Source: Chiloscyllium plagiosum (taxonomy: Eukaryota). Taken from it: a stretch of 64,000 nt of DNA. The notes under the pieces are model-generated. The model ran no database searches and was not told the origin of the DNA. It saw nothing but the letters and a program-made list of their open reading frames with translations. Of the stretch, positions 36,608 to 48,958 are shown one piece after another. The stretch spans positions 77,739,260 to 77,803,259 of the forward strand of contig NC_057719.1 in assembly GCF_004010195.1 (NCBI RefSeq), given 5' to 3'. Made by a program: the position numbers and the translations under genes. Each line of letters begins with the position of its first letter. Positions within the stretch are counted from its first letter, which is position 1.

Positions 36608-36937
36608 TGGCGAAAATGGGGACTGCAGATGCTGGAGATCAGAATCAAGATTAGAATTGTGCTGGAAAAGCACAGCAGGTCAGGCAGCATCCGAGGAGCA
36701 GGAAAATCGATGTTTTGGGCAAAAGCCCTTCAGGACTGAGGCAGGAAGCCTCCAGGTGGAGACCACGGAGGTTTCCCTTGCAATCACAGAATATATAACA
36801 CCTGCCCATTTACTTCCTCTTCCACCCCGGACGCTCCCTGCCTCATTTCTGATGAAGGGCTTTTGCCTGAAACGTTGATTTTCCTACTCCTTGGATACTG
36901 CCTGACCTGCTGTGCTTTTCTAGCACCACTCTAATCT
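36608..36937. mobile_element. Fold-back Penelope-derived element
   Basis: Inverted arms about 36643-36760 and 36820-36940; hammerhead CTGATGA-A-GGGCTTTTGCCT-GAAACGTT at 36849-36876; spacer resembles PLE sequence at 35877-35925; TSD tgaatgac(c)taca. Confidence 0.75.
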
Positions 36938-38811
36938 TGAATGACCTACACGAGCTACTGTATCTTAGAGGTTGATCAATTTAAAAGTTCTAAATTGAGA
37001 AAGGTATTCATTATATTGCTTTAAAAATGTTTCACCTTAATCCTATTGTCCACCACCTTGATATTTGTGGCATTAAATAAATTGCGGCAGGACAGGTCAT
37101 TCAGATCATTGTGCATGTACAGTTGAGGTTGTGTACTTAACATTACAAACACATTGTATGGTATTTGGTTTCTCTCTTGCATTTCCTATTTTAAAGGTGC
37201 ATAATCTTTAGTTCACCTTTTCAATTTTCTGATCCAAGAATGTAACTTCCTTAATCAGTGAGAGATGATTTTTATCTTTCCATCTGGATGTGCCATAGAC
37301 ACAGGAGATGGATGTTATTGAGTCTGTGAAGGTTGTCCTGGTGTCTCCATACAGTTATGTGCTGTGAATGCAAGCCATGTAGATAAACATCAATTAATTT
37401 ATTGTTTCTTCATGCCCATTTTGTTAGTTGGCTAAAGTTGTTGACTGCCTTGCCATTGCAGGTGTTGAGTTCTCCATTGAGTAACTTAATTAAGTTGTAT
37501 GTCACCTTAAATTTGAGATGCAGAATTTCTGATTCCAGAGTGAATGGTGGACGATGATCTTGAGCAGTTATGCTGCAGCACCTTGTCCCATAGCAATCAA
37601 TGGCTTTTCTCACACTCTGTGAGGGAGAACATAGGACAAGTATAGTACAAATATCGTGACAAACATAGGAGTTGAGGGTCTTTGACCATTTGGAGCTGGT
37701 GCTTGTGTGGGCAACCAATGTAGCGTCATATCAACAAACACATTAGGAGCAGGATTGATGATTTGGTCCCTTGAGCCTGCTTTCCTATTCAGTAGGATGA
37801 TGGATATTATCACAAAAGGACCATTTTGAATGGCAAAGCTAGATTGACATGATCGCCAGTTTACCCCAGTATCCGCTTACTGTGTCCCATGCTTTTGTGC
37901 GATCCACAAAACAAAGTTTTGTTTGAGTACTGTTTACTGCTCCTCTGGAGTTCTGAAGCTGCCCACTTGCCTACCATAATTTATGTAAACTGAAACCACA
38001 TTCTACCTCTGGGTACATTCTGTGGCTGGTGATGGGATCTTTGTTTGAATAACTCTGGCAAAAGCCCAGTAATTGCAATTCCCCTCAATTGCCTTTGATC
38101 TTGTTAAACATGGTAGTGTTTATGTCATAACACATCCTGTGCGACCTAGTCTTATCTCCAGCAAAGGAGGTTATAGTAATGAGTGGGCTTTCCATACTTG
38201 AGTAGCGATGGTTGTATTCTACCTTTTTTGAATTTTCCTTGCTGTCAGGGAGTCTATGGCTTTTTGAGCTGTAGTAGTGTGCATTCTGCATTAAGTTCGT
38301 ACATTACAAATTAGCTGCAATGATCTTTGAGCACAGACAAAATGCTATGCATGTTAGAAATCTAGGGAAGTAAAAAAACAAGGTTGGAAAAAGCTCAGCA
38401 GTGTTGATAGCATGTATGGAGAGAGAAACATTAAAACTTTAAAACTTTGAGCCCAACATGACTCTTCTTTAGACCTGAGGTTTCCAAAGTTTTGTGAACT
38501 TTGTTTGTTATGCATGTGTATTACCAGTGGAGGAGTTTTCTACTCCCATTGCGATCCCCTTTTTCCCCTACCAAACTCAAAACAAGATACAGTGGGGGAA
38601 AAAAAACAAAAAGCTTTTGTGTTTTTTAAGACTGCCAGACTGCTCAAAATTGCTTTACAGCCAATGAAGTGCATTGAACATCTAGTCACTTCTATAACGT
38701 AAAAAACACAGCAGCTAATATATACACCTCCTACATCTAGATAACAGCAGGATACTTTGTTTTGTGATATTGTTTGAATGCATTTTGGCCAAGACACCTG
38801 AATCTTGGAAT

Positions 38812-39132
38812 TATAGAATCCCTATATTGTGGAAAGAAGCAGTTTAACCCATGAGGTCTGTACTTACCCTCTGAAGAGCATCTCACCCAGTACATTCCTA
38901 ATCCTGTTGCTGTAACATGATGTTTCCCATGGCTCATCCACCTTACCTGGTCATCCCTGGACACTTTGGGATAATTTAGCATGGCCAATCCACCTAACCT
39001 GAGCATCTTTGGACAGTGGCAGGAAACCGGAGCACTGGGTGAAAACCCGTCCAAACTCAACACAGATAGTCACCCAAGGCTGGAATCAAACCTGGTTCTC
39101 TGACTTTGTGAGGCAGCAGTGTTAACTACCTT
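38812..39132 (-). mobile_element. HE1-type V-SINE, older copy
   Basis: aatttagcatggccaatccacctaacctgagcatctttggacagtggcaggaaaccggagcac...gtgaggcagcagtgttaac. Confidence 0.85.
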
Positions 39133-39764
39133 GATTAACTGTCCTGCTTCTGTTGGAAAAATATAATGAGATTCTTTGCATTCACCCCAACAGCCAGATG
39201 GGGCCTTGTTTAACATTTCAATTTGATGATAGCCTCCCCAGGAGCAGTACACACTTAATGCTGCAGTAGGGTATCAGAACAGTTGTGTTGCTTCTATTAC
39301 TCCTTACAGATTAGATAATGCAATGTTGACCAGGGATTAAACCTGGATAATACCTTGTATCTACAGCTCAGCTACTCACTGAGTATAACTCCTTGAGTCA
39401 TCACTCCAGTCCTTCTCTTGACCTTTTCAAATGATTCACAAGCTAATAACCTGTTCTATGCCATCCGGCAGCAAATTCCACATTGAGGTTAAGAATATTC
39501 AAAATAAGTTGGTGGAAAGAGCAAATATAATTTCAGTGGCTGTTTAATTTATCTCAATGGGCTGCATTTGAATGTTGCATTTTACGCTATAGCTTATCAG
39601 TCTTGGTAAAAAAAAAATTATGGACATTAGAATTATGGTGCAATGATTATTACTTTTAATTGGTATATTGCTTCATGTAAATTTAAGCATAAGCATACTG
39701 CCTTTCTCATATGCTTTTAGACACATGGACTGCACTTCAGTATCTTGCCAACATTTCTTTGATT

Positions 39765-42385
39765 TAATAGGGTGGTTAAGGTAGGGGATTTTAACTTTCC
39801 AAACATAGACTGGGACTGTCATAGTGTTAAGGGTTTAGATGGAGAGGAATTTGTTAAATGAGTACAAGAAAATTTTCTGATGTGGATGTACCGACTAGAG
39901 AAGGTGCAAAATTTGACCTACTGTTAAGAAATAAGACAGAGCAGGTGACTGAGGTGTCAGTGGGGGAGCACTTTGGGGCCAGTGACCATAATTCTATTCG
40001 TTTTAAAATCGTGATGGAAAAGGATAGACCAGATCAAAAAGTTGAAGTTCTAAATTGGAAAAAGGCCAATTTTAATGGTATTAGGCAAGAACTTTCAAAA
40101 GCTGATTGGGGGCAAATGTTTGCAGGTAAAGGGACAACTGGAAAATGGGAAGACTTCAGAAATGAGATAACGAAAATCCAGAGAAAGTATCTTCCTGTTA
40201 GGGTGAAAGGAAAGGCTGGTAGGTATAGGGAATGCTGGATGACTAAAGAAATTGAGGGTTTGGTTAAGAAAAAGAAGGAAGCATATGGCAGGTATAGACA
40301 GGATAAATCAAGTGAATCCTTAGAGTATAAAGAAAGTAGGAGTATACTTAAGAGAGAAATCAGGAGGGCAAAAAGGGGACATGAGATAGCTTTAGCAAAT
40401 AGAATTAAGGAGAATCCAAAGGGTCTTTACAAATATATTAAGGACAAAAGGGTAACTAGGGAGAGAATAGGACCTTTGTGTGGAGTCGCAGAAAATGGGG
40501 GAGGTACTAAACGAGTATTTTGCATCACATTTACTGTGGAAAAGGATATGGAAGATATAGAATGTAGGGAAATAGATGGTGACACCTTGCAAAATGTCCA
40601 TATTACAGAGGAGGAAGTTCTGGATGTCTTGAAATGCATAAAAGTGGATAAATCCCCAGGATCTGATCAGGTGTACCCTAGAACTCTGTGGGAAGCTAGA
40701 GAAGTGATTGCTGGGCCTCTTGCTGAGATTTTTGTATCATCGATAGTCACAGGTGAGGTGCCGGAAGACTGGANNNNNNNNNNNNNNNNNNNNNNNNNNN
40801 NNNNNNNNNNNNNNNNNNNNNNNNNNNNNNNNNNNNNNNNNNNNNNNNNNNNNNNNNNNNNNNNNNNNNNNNNNNNNNNNNNNNNNNNNNNNNNNNNNNN
40901 NNNNNNNNNNNNNNNNNNNNNNNNNNNNNNNNNNNNNNNNNNNNNNNNNNNNNNNNNNNNNNNNNNNNNNNNNNNNNNNNNNNNNNNNNNNNNNNNNNNN
41001 NNNNNNNNNNNNNNNNNNNNNNNNNNNNNNNNNNNNNNNNNNNNNNNNNNNNNNNNNNNNNNNNNNNNNNNNNNNNNNNNNNNNNNNNNNNNNNNNNNNN
41101 NNNNNNNNNNNNNNNNNNNNNNNNNNNNNNNNNNNNNNNNNNNNNNNNNNNNNNNNNNNNNNNNNNNNNNNNNNNNNNNNNNNNNNNNNNNNNNNNNNNN
41201 NNNNNNNNNNNNNNNNNNNNNNNNNNNNNNNNNNNNNNNNNNNNNNNNNNNNNNNNNNNNNNNNNNNNNNNNNNNNNNNNNNNNNNNNNNNNNNNNNNNN
41301 NNNNNNNNNNNNNNNNNNNNNNNNNNNNNNNNNNNNNNNNNNNNNNNNNNNNNNNNNNNNNNNNNNNNNNNNNNNNNNNNNNNNNNNNNNNNNNNNNNNN
41401 NNNNNNNNNNNNNNNNNNNNNNNNNNNNNNNNNNNNNNNNNNNNNNNNNNNNNNNNNNNNNNNNNNNNNNNNNNNNNNNNNNNNNNNNNNNNNNNNNNNN
41501 NNNNNNNNNNNNNNNNNCTCAGATTACAACAGGATCTTGTCCAGATGGGCCAATGGGCTGAGAAGTGGCAGATGGAGTTTAATTCAGATAAATGCGAGGT
41601 ACTGCATTTTGGGAAAGCAAACCTTAGCAGGACTTATACACTTAATGGTAATGTCCTAGGGAGTGTTGCTGAACAAAGAGACCTTGGAGTGCAGGTTCAT
41701 AGCTCCTTGAAAGTGGAGTCACAGGTAGATAGGATAGTGAAGAAGGCTTTTGGTATGCTTTCCTTTATTGGTCAGAGTATTGAGTACAGGAGTAGGGAGG
41801 TCATGTTGCGGCTGTACAGGACATTGGTTAGGTCACTGTTGGAATATTGTGTACAATTCTGGTCTCCTTCCCATCAGAAAGATGTTGTGAAACTTGAAAA
41901 GGTTCAGAAGAGATTTACAAGGATGTTGCCAGGGTTGGAGGATTTGAGCTATAGGGAGAGGCTGAATAGGCTGGGGCTGTTTTCCGTGGAGTGTCAAAGT
42001 CTGAGGGGTGACCTCATAGAGGTTTATAAAATCATGAGGCATGGTTAGGATAAATAGACAAGGTCTTTTCCCTGGGGTGGGGGAGTCCAGAACTAGAGTG
42101 CATAAGTTTAGGGTGAGGGGAAAGATATAAAAGGGACCGAAGGGGCAACTTTTTCACACACACACTGCGTGTATGGAATGAGCTACCAGAGGAAATGGTG
42201 AAGGCTAGTACAATTTCAACATTTTAAAAGGCATCTGGTTGGGTATATGAATAGGAAGGGTTTAGAGGGACATGGGCCAAGTGCTGACAAATGGGACTAG
42301 ATTGGGTTGGGATATCTGATTGGTGTGGATGAGTTGGACTGAAGGGTCTGTTTACATGCTGTACATCACTGTGACTCTATAACTC
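39765..42385 (+). mobile_element. CR1 (HER1-like) LINE ORF2 and 3' UTR spanning an assembly gap
   Basis: ORFs 39858.. (PTREGAKFDLLL, GASDHNSIRF, KSPGSDQVYPR) and ..42048 ([26 protein letters not shown]); closely similar to the 22.7-27.1 kb copy. Confidence 0.93.
40774..41517. other. Assembly gap (744 N)
   Basis: Run of N inside a CR1 RT region. Confidence 1.
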
Positions 42386-42988
42386 TGTCAGGAACTTGCA
42401 GTTAGCAGCGTGGCTTTGTGGTTATTGTGCCGTTATGCTGCTGATGAGGAGTAATGTAGACTCTCTCACATGTTTGTCCAGGAAAATAGTTGCTGGCAGT
42501 TTCCAGCTCTGGACCAGTGGATCTTTCAGCACTAGTGGGTCACTAATTAGCCCCTTAGATGTGGAAGCTCACCTGTTGCTCTTATTTGGATGGGATTACT
42601 TGAGGTGGGTGCGTAGTTATCCTTGATAATTGCTCTGCAGTGTCTGATAACCTTCATTTCTGTATTGAGCCCAGCATGAAGTTTGGGATAATTAAACAAA
42701 AATCTACTCCACTGTTTGTCAGAAGTTCTCATTTGTGGGTGTTTCAATGCACCAGCTCCAGGCACTTACAATAATGTAAACTTTGCAGTAAAACCACTAT
42801 ATCACTGGGAATGTAACATTTTTATAACAGCTTTTAATATGTTCAGAATATTAAAACAGCAAATAATGTTCGCAACAGTTTTAAAGAAAGTGTTACGTTT
42901 ATGAATAGCAGGTTGTATAAAGTATATCTAGATTTGAAGGGCTGAATTTTATATTTATTTGACCAAGTGTGAGATGAATTTTTTTTTG

Positions 42989-45900
42989 GACGAAGTTAAA
43001 AATCTCAACCACAGGTTGTAGTCCAACAGGTTTATTTTGAAGCACTGCTCCTTCAAGTAGTTGTGGAATAGGACTATAAAATACAGAATTTAGAGCAAAG
43101 ATTGCAGCATCATACAACTGAAATCTAGATTACTGTTAAGTATTTCATCTTTAGAATGGGTTGCAGGTTTTGGTTCATTAACATGTAAATCCCAGAACTA
43201 CTTTTAAGTCACATGCTTAAGATAACTTAAAATTTTATTTTTTAAAAAAGTGACATCTCAGCTCAGACATTGCATTAAAGGTGTGAGGTTAGAGTCTGTC
43301 TGCATCGCAATCTTGAGTCAGACTGGTTCTATTTTCAAAATGGAATTTACAAAATATTGCATGGACTGATTGCTTGCAGATTTGAGCAAAATAGAATGTA
43401 TCTGCAAACAAAATTCTGCAAATACAAATTCATCCCATAGACTTTTATGTATGCGCGTGTACATGAGAGAGAGTGTTTGTTTGTTTGTGTGTGTGCGCAA
43501 GCTGGGTAAAGTGCATGAGTGTGATGGAGTATAAGCCTATGAGCGGGTGAGTGTGGTGTGTATGAGAACGAGCGTGTGTATGAGAGAGGGTCTGCATGAG
43601 TGTGTGAGTATGTGTGCTTGTGTGTGAGAGAGTATATAGTGTAGTGGCAGTCACCTGTAGTGTGACATGAACCGAAGGTCTCTGGTTGAGCCCATCCTCA
43701 TGGGTACCGAACTTGGCTATCAGCCTCTGCTTGGCCACTTTGCGGTGTTGCCTATCCTGAAGGATGAGCAGCGGGCTGGTAAGGGAACGTGGAAGCTGAA
43801 CACAAAGCTGTTGACCCCGGGAAACATTGAGGAGCTCAAGAGAAGCCTCTCTTTGAATCCCCAGCAGACTGGTGGGAAACAGTAAAAGAGAACATCAAGA
43901 GGTTCTTCATCCTCAAAGGTGTTCAGGAGGCGAGAGAGAGGCGGGGAAAACTGTCCCAGCTCCAGGAAAGTATGCAGAACCTGCTCCTGCTGCAGACGAT
44001 GGGGGTTGATGTCACGGAGGACCTCAAGGAGGTGAAGGGCCAGCAAGCCTCGCTCTTTGCCTCTGATGCCTCCAAGATAATCTTCCGGTCCAGGGTCCGC
44101 TCAGTGGAGCAGGACGAGACGTGCTCATGTTCCTCCTTCCAGAAGGTGCACAAAGAGAGCTCCGTGCTCAACAGCCTGAAAGAAGAAGGCTCGATAATGT
44201 CATCTCAGGCTGACGTCATGAGGATCAGTAATTCCTTCTATGCCAGTCTGTATGATGTGAAGCCGACCGATTGCGTGGCCTCCCAGTCGTTCCTGTCCTC
44301 TATCATGAAGATCTTAGGTGACAGAACACGGGAGAGGCTGGACCGGCCGCTATCTCTGGACGAGCTGACCAAGGCCCTTGAGTCCTTCGAAAAGAATAAA
44401 ACTCCCGAAAGCAACGGCTTACCGGTCGAGCTCTATTCTGCTCTGTGGGACTTGACTGGCTCGGACCTGCTGGAGGTGTATGTCAGTATGCTTCTGGCAG
44501 GTACCATGAGTGAATCCATGAGGAAAGGCATCATCACCCTCATCTACAAGCGGAAGGGGGAGAGAAGGGGAACTCAGAAATTGGAGACCAATCTCACTAT
44601 TGAATGCGGATTACAAAATTCTGTCAAAGGTAGTCGTCAACCGAGTCAGGTCTGCTCTGGGGTCGGTGATGCACCCTGACCAAACCTGTGCTGTACCGGG
44701 CAGGAAGATCGCTGAGAGTCTCGCACTCCTCAGGGATATGATCGCCCATGTGCAGGACAGCGGGTTGGGCACCTGCCTGATCAGCCTGGACCAGGAGAAA
44801 GCCTTTGACAGGATATTGCATCCATATATGAGAGATGTTCTCTCCAAAATGGGCTTTGGGGAGGGAATCTGCAATTGGATCAGACTGCTCTACACCAACA
44901 TTGTCAGTGCAGTCTCAATCAATGGGTGGGAATCAGATAGTTTCCCAGTCAGATCTGGAGTCAGGCAAGGCTGCCCCCTCTCTCCTGCCTTGTTTGTGTG
45001 CTGCATAGAGCCATTTGCCAAGTCCATCAGGAAGGATACGAGCCTGAGAGGGGTGAGTATTTCTGGCAACGGGGACCTGCAGGTTAAGGCCTCTCTGTAC
45101 ATGGATGACGTCGCTATTTTTTGCTCGGATCCGCTGTCCGTGCACAGACTCATGTGCATATGTGACCAGTTTGAACGGGCCTCAGGAGCCAAGGAAGACC
45201 GAGGCAAGAGCGAGGCCATGCTCTTTGGGAACTGGGCCGACCAATCCTTGATCCCCTTCACCGTCAGGACCGACCACCTGAAGGTGCTGGGTATTTGGTT
45301 CGGGGGGGCTGGGGTGTGTGCCAAGTCTTGGGAGGAGCGTATCAGCAAAGTGAGGCAGAAACTGTGCAGATGGAAGCTACGGTTGCTCTCCATCGCAGGA
45401 AAAAACCTGGTCATCAGGTGTGTGGCACTGTCATTGCTGTTATACATGGCACAGGTCTGGCCTATTCCCAGAACCTGTGCCGCTGCAGTCACCCAGGCCA
45501 TCTTCCAATTTATATGGAGATCAAAGATGGACCGGGTCCGAAGGGACTCGCTGTACAAAGATCTGGGCAACGGGGGAAAAAATACACCCAATGCCACCCT
45601 CATCCTGATGGCCACCTTTGTGTGTGGTTGCATCAAGCTGCGCGTGGATCCCCAGTATGCAAACACCAAGTGTCACTATGTACTAATGTTCTACCTGTCC
45701 CCAGTGTTGCGAAGGATGGGCCTGGCCTTGCTACCATGGAACGCTGAGTAGTTGGACTGTTCCGTATCACCTGTCCTTCGTGGAGAAGTTTATGAAGAAA
45801 AATACCTTTGACCACAAGTCCATCAGGAAGTGGTCAGCACGTAGTGTCCTTGAGACCCTTCGGGAAAAGGAGAGGGCGGAACCTATCGAGCAGTTCCCTG

Positions 45901-46835
45901 AGCAGACTGTCAAAATCATTTGGCAGAATGCCTCATCGCCAGAACTTTCCAACAAGCACCAGGACATGGTTTAGTTGGTGGTGAGATCAGGGCTCTGCCT
46001 GTGAGATCCTTTATGCATGCCTGGACTCTCTCCTGGACTGCACGCTGCCCTCAGTGGCTGCGGGGGAGGGGAAACGAGACTGTCACACACCACCTTCTGG
46101 AATGTGCCTATGCAGAAGAAATCTGGAGAGGAATACAGTGGTGTTTGTCAAGGTTCGTCCCGATCAGCGCCGTGACGCGGGCCTCTGTGCTCTACGGTCT
46201 GTTCCCCAGGATGCACACCGAGATGAACATCAACTGTGCCTGGAGGATCATCAACTCTGAAGGACGCTGTCTGGGCAGTCAGAAACCTGTTGATCTTCCA
46301 GCTGAAGGAGTTGACCCCGACTGAGTGTTGCAGACTGGCACATTCCAAGGTCCAGGACTACGCGTTGAGGGACGTGCTGAAGCTTGGGGCAGCTGCCGCC
46401 AAGGCACGGTGGGGAAAGACCACCGTGTAACATCTGCCTGCCTAAGAAGAACAGGGGGTCCACGCAGTCATTTGGGCTCTGCTGACGCCTCAGCTAAATA
46501 TATGGATATATGATTGAGAAATATACAGACCTGTGTATACAAATGATAAATTCTGATCTCTGTATGCAAAGAAATGGAATGTTTCTGTATGTATGGTATG
46601 ACCAACTGTACAGACCATCAAATTATTTTATGAATAAAGTATATTTTTGAAATTAAAAAAAAAACTTGCCTATTCTGAAATTCACCTTGGAGGATGGTCA
46701 CCCAAAGATCTGAGACCGAATATCCCTGACCGCTGAAGTGTTCCCCAGCTGGGAGGGAACGCCCCTGATGATTGTTGCGTGGTGTCCATTCATCCAAAGT
46801 CATAGCATCTGCTTGGTCTCGCCAATGTACCATTG
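42989..46835 (-). mobile_element. Penelope-like element 3' part (GIY-YIG C-terminus + 3' UTR), interrupted by the Tx1 element
   Basis: Minus strand GEHFSGQGYSVSDLWVTILQGEFQNRQ (46666-46833) continues as HRKVAKQRLIAKFGTHEDGLN (below 43748); (CA)-rich 3' UTR; terminal sequence of the same family as 10364-10735. Confidence 0.8.
43762..46665 (+). mobile_element. 5'-truncated Tx1-type (L1 clade) non-LTR retrotransposon
   Basis: GTWKLNTKLL, LDQEKAFDRI, SGVRQGCPLSPALF, LYMDDV, C-terminal ETVTHHLLEC; AATAAA plus A-tail; 14-bp TSD ttgcctat(c/t)ctgaa at 43748-43761 and 46666-46679; several frameshifts and stops. Confidence 0.92.
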
Positions 46836-48888
46836 CCTCCCCTGACTTCTGACCCCCTTCCCCCCAACTTCTTTGGAGTGATTCTCATGTCCATGTCCAG
46901 CAAGATTTCTTGCATTTTACAAAACACAACTCATTGATTACCTACCCTGCTCCTATTGCTGCCCCTCATGTCCAATTGTATCCCCATCCCTGTGTCATTT
47001 CCAGAACAACTTCCACTCACCAGATGTCTGCTGAAAGACTGGCAGCCCTTGTGTTTGGCCATTTTGAGAGGCATTGTGTACCTGGACAAACATTTATGAG
47101 TCGTCATTACTCCTCATCAGCAGCATAATGGTGCAGTAGCCACAAAGCCATGCTGCTAATTGCAAGTCCTTGACACATTCTTGCACATGCCATCCCATTC
47201 TCTCACCTTAATTTTTAACCACAAGGCACACTGTTTGTCTGTCCTTAAATAAATCCCATCTGAAGACTGAGTTCCCTATACTTTGTCCCCAGTGCCAATT
47301 GGTTACCAAAATCTCATTTGAACAAAAACTCCAAACATGAGTGTTCCTTGACAGCCAGTCAAAGGGATTTCTCAAGAAACTAATATAGGCTGCAGTTTGC
47401 ACCCACACTGTGAATTAATAATGGTGTCTTGACCTTGGCAGTCATTGTGGCTAGCTGACACTTAGTGGAGCTGCATATCAATCTGGTCCCAAACTCTTCC
47501 AGATTTCAGCAGTCCTGTCCTTTAATTTGTCATGATCCTAGTCATAGTGTAGTCACCACCTTGGTGGGAGTGTTATACTAGCTTAGTGACCAACACATTA
47601 TATCTGAAAGGGAATTTCTGCTGTGCTCTGAACCTCTATCCATTGTCAACCCACCTTGACCATTCCAACTTTTATTGCATTCATTTAGTCCTGTTGCACC
47701 CATTAGGTCATACTTGTATGCCTTGCAATGCAGCAATGTTCCTTCCCTTGTTCCATAACTCCCTTGGAAGTTACGCACATGGGATGGTTTTGGCCAGCAA
47801 TCGCCCCCAATTGCTGCTGGTTTAGCATCACTGAAATGACAATATTATTTTGAGCAGCTTCAATGGCAATGTGCAATCTGCCTTTGACCTTGGCACATTA
47901 GCATGTTCAATCTGCATTAATTGTATATGTGCAAAGAAATGTTTACAAATGAAATGTAACTGGAGTTTGCAAACACGTACTCCATGAATTTTCTCCTTCA
48001 ATGTGCTAATGTCCAACTTGTGTGGATTCTGTGCTCTAATCCATCAAAGTGACACTGACTCCTACCACCCTGGGTGTTGTCAGTTGTGTTACACATTGTG
48101 AGAATGGAAAATGATGATAGGGAGTGTGGTTTATAGTGGACATCATGACCACATGGCCCTGTTTTCTCACCAGGTGCCCCTCCCCATCAACCCCGTCACA
48201 TTTTTTTTGCCTGTGCTACTCTGGCCGCCTATTTCCACTCCTCACCACCCCGACCCTTTCTTGAGATGCATTACATTGAGCGTCACCTCCTTGTTCCCCA
48301 AATCTGGACGTAACACCTAAATTATGCCCGGATGGCACCTCTGAGGTTTCCCTGTGGAGGCCATGGTGATTGTCACAGCCAATGAACATCCCTTCTGTGA
48401 CTTCTGTTCTCTTTCTTTCTATTTCCCCCCCCCCCCCCCCCCCCCGCCCCAACTCCTCCTCTCAGTATTGAATTCCCTTCCACTTTTGATATTGTTCTGT
48501 CCCCCCACCCCACTCCGCTAACCTCACAACCATCTTTTCACTGTCATTTAATTGCCAAGGTCCCAAGCTGATGACTGATAGTGATAAAGCTCCTGGACTA
48601 AGTCCGTGGCTGAGAATACCAGGACTCTTGACTGACAGCAGCTCTTTGTCAGAAGACTAGCCTCCACCCAGTTTCCAGCATTGCTGCTTTGTTGACTGGT
48701 GCCTTTGTGCTGTAAATCAAACTGCTCACCCCACTCCTGCAGTCAGATTTATATTAAGCTTGTCAATGCAACACTTGAGCCGGAGCCAAAATCTAACGGG
48801 CATGGCAAAGCAAGGTATGGATGTGGCAAGGATTCATTTCGGCACTCTCTGATCAGCACCTTGTTTTAATCAGTCAGCTGGAAGCTTA

Positions 48889-48958
48889 TCTCTGCGCATA
48901 AAATGTCTCTGCTGTAGCCTTTCAATGTCTCTGCGCATAAAATGTCTCTGCTGTAGCC
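48889..48958. repeat. 31-bp direct duplication (period 39)
   Basis: tctctgcgcataaaatgtctctgctgtagcc at 48889-48919 and 48928-48958. Confidence 0.9.

Noticed and set aside
39858..42048. Long ORFs of 567 aa and 431 aa in the ORF track
   Set aside because: Artefacts of translating through the 744-N gap; both ends are CR1 ORF2 fragments
44890..45669. 259-aa minus-strand ORF
   Set aside because: Antisense shadow of the GC-rich Tx1 RT frame
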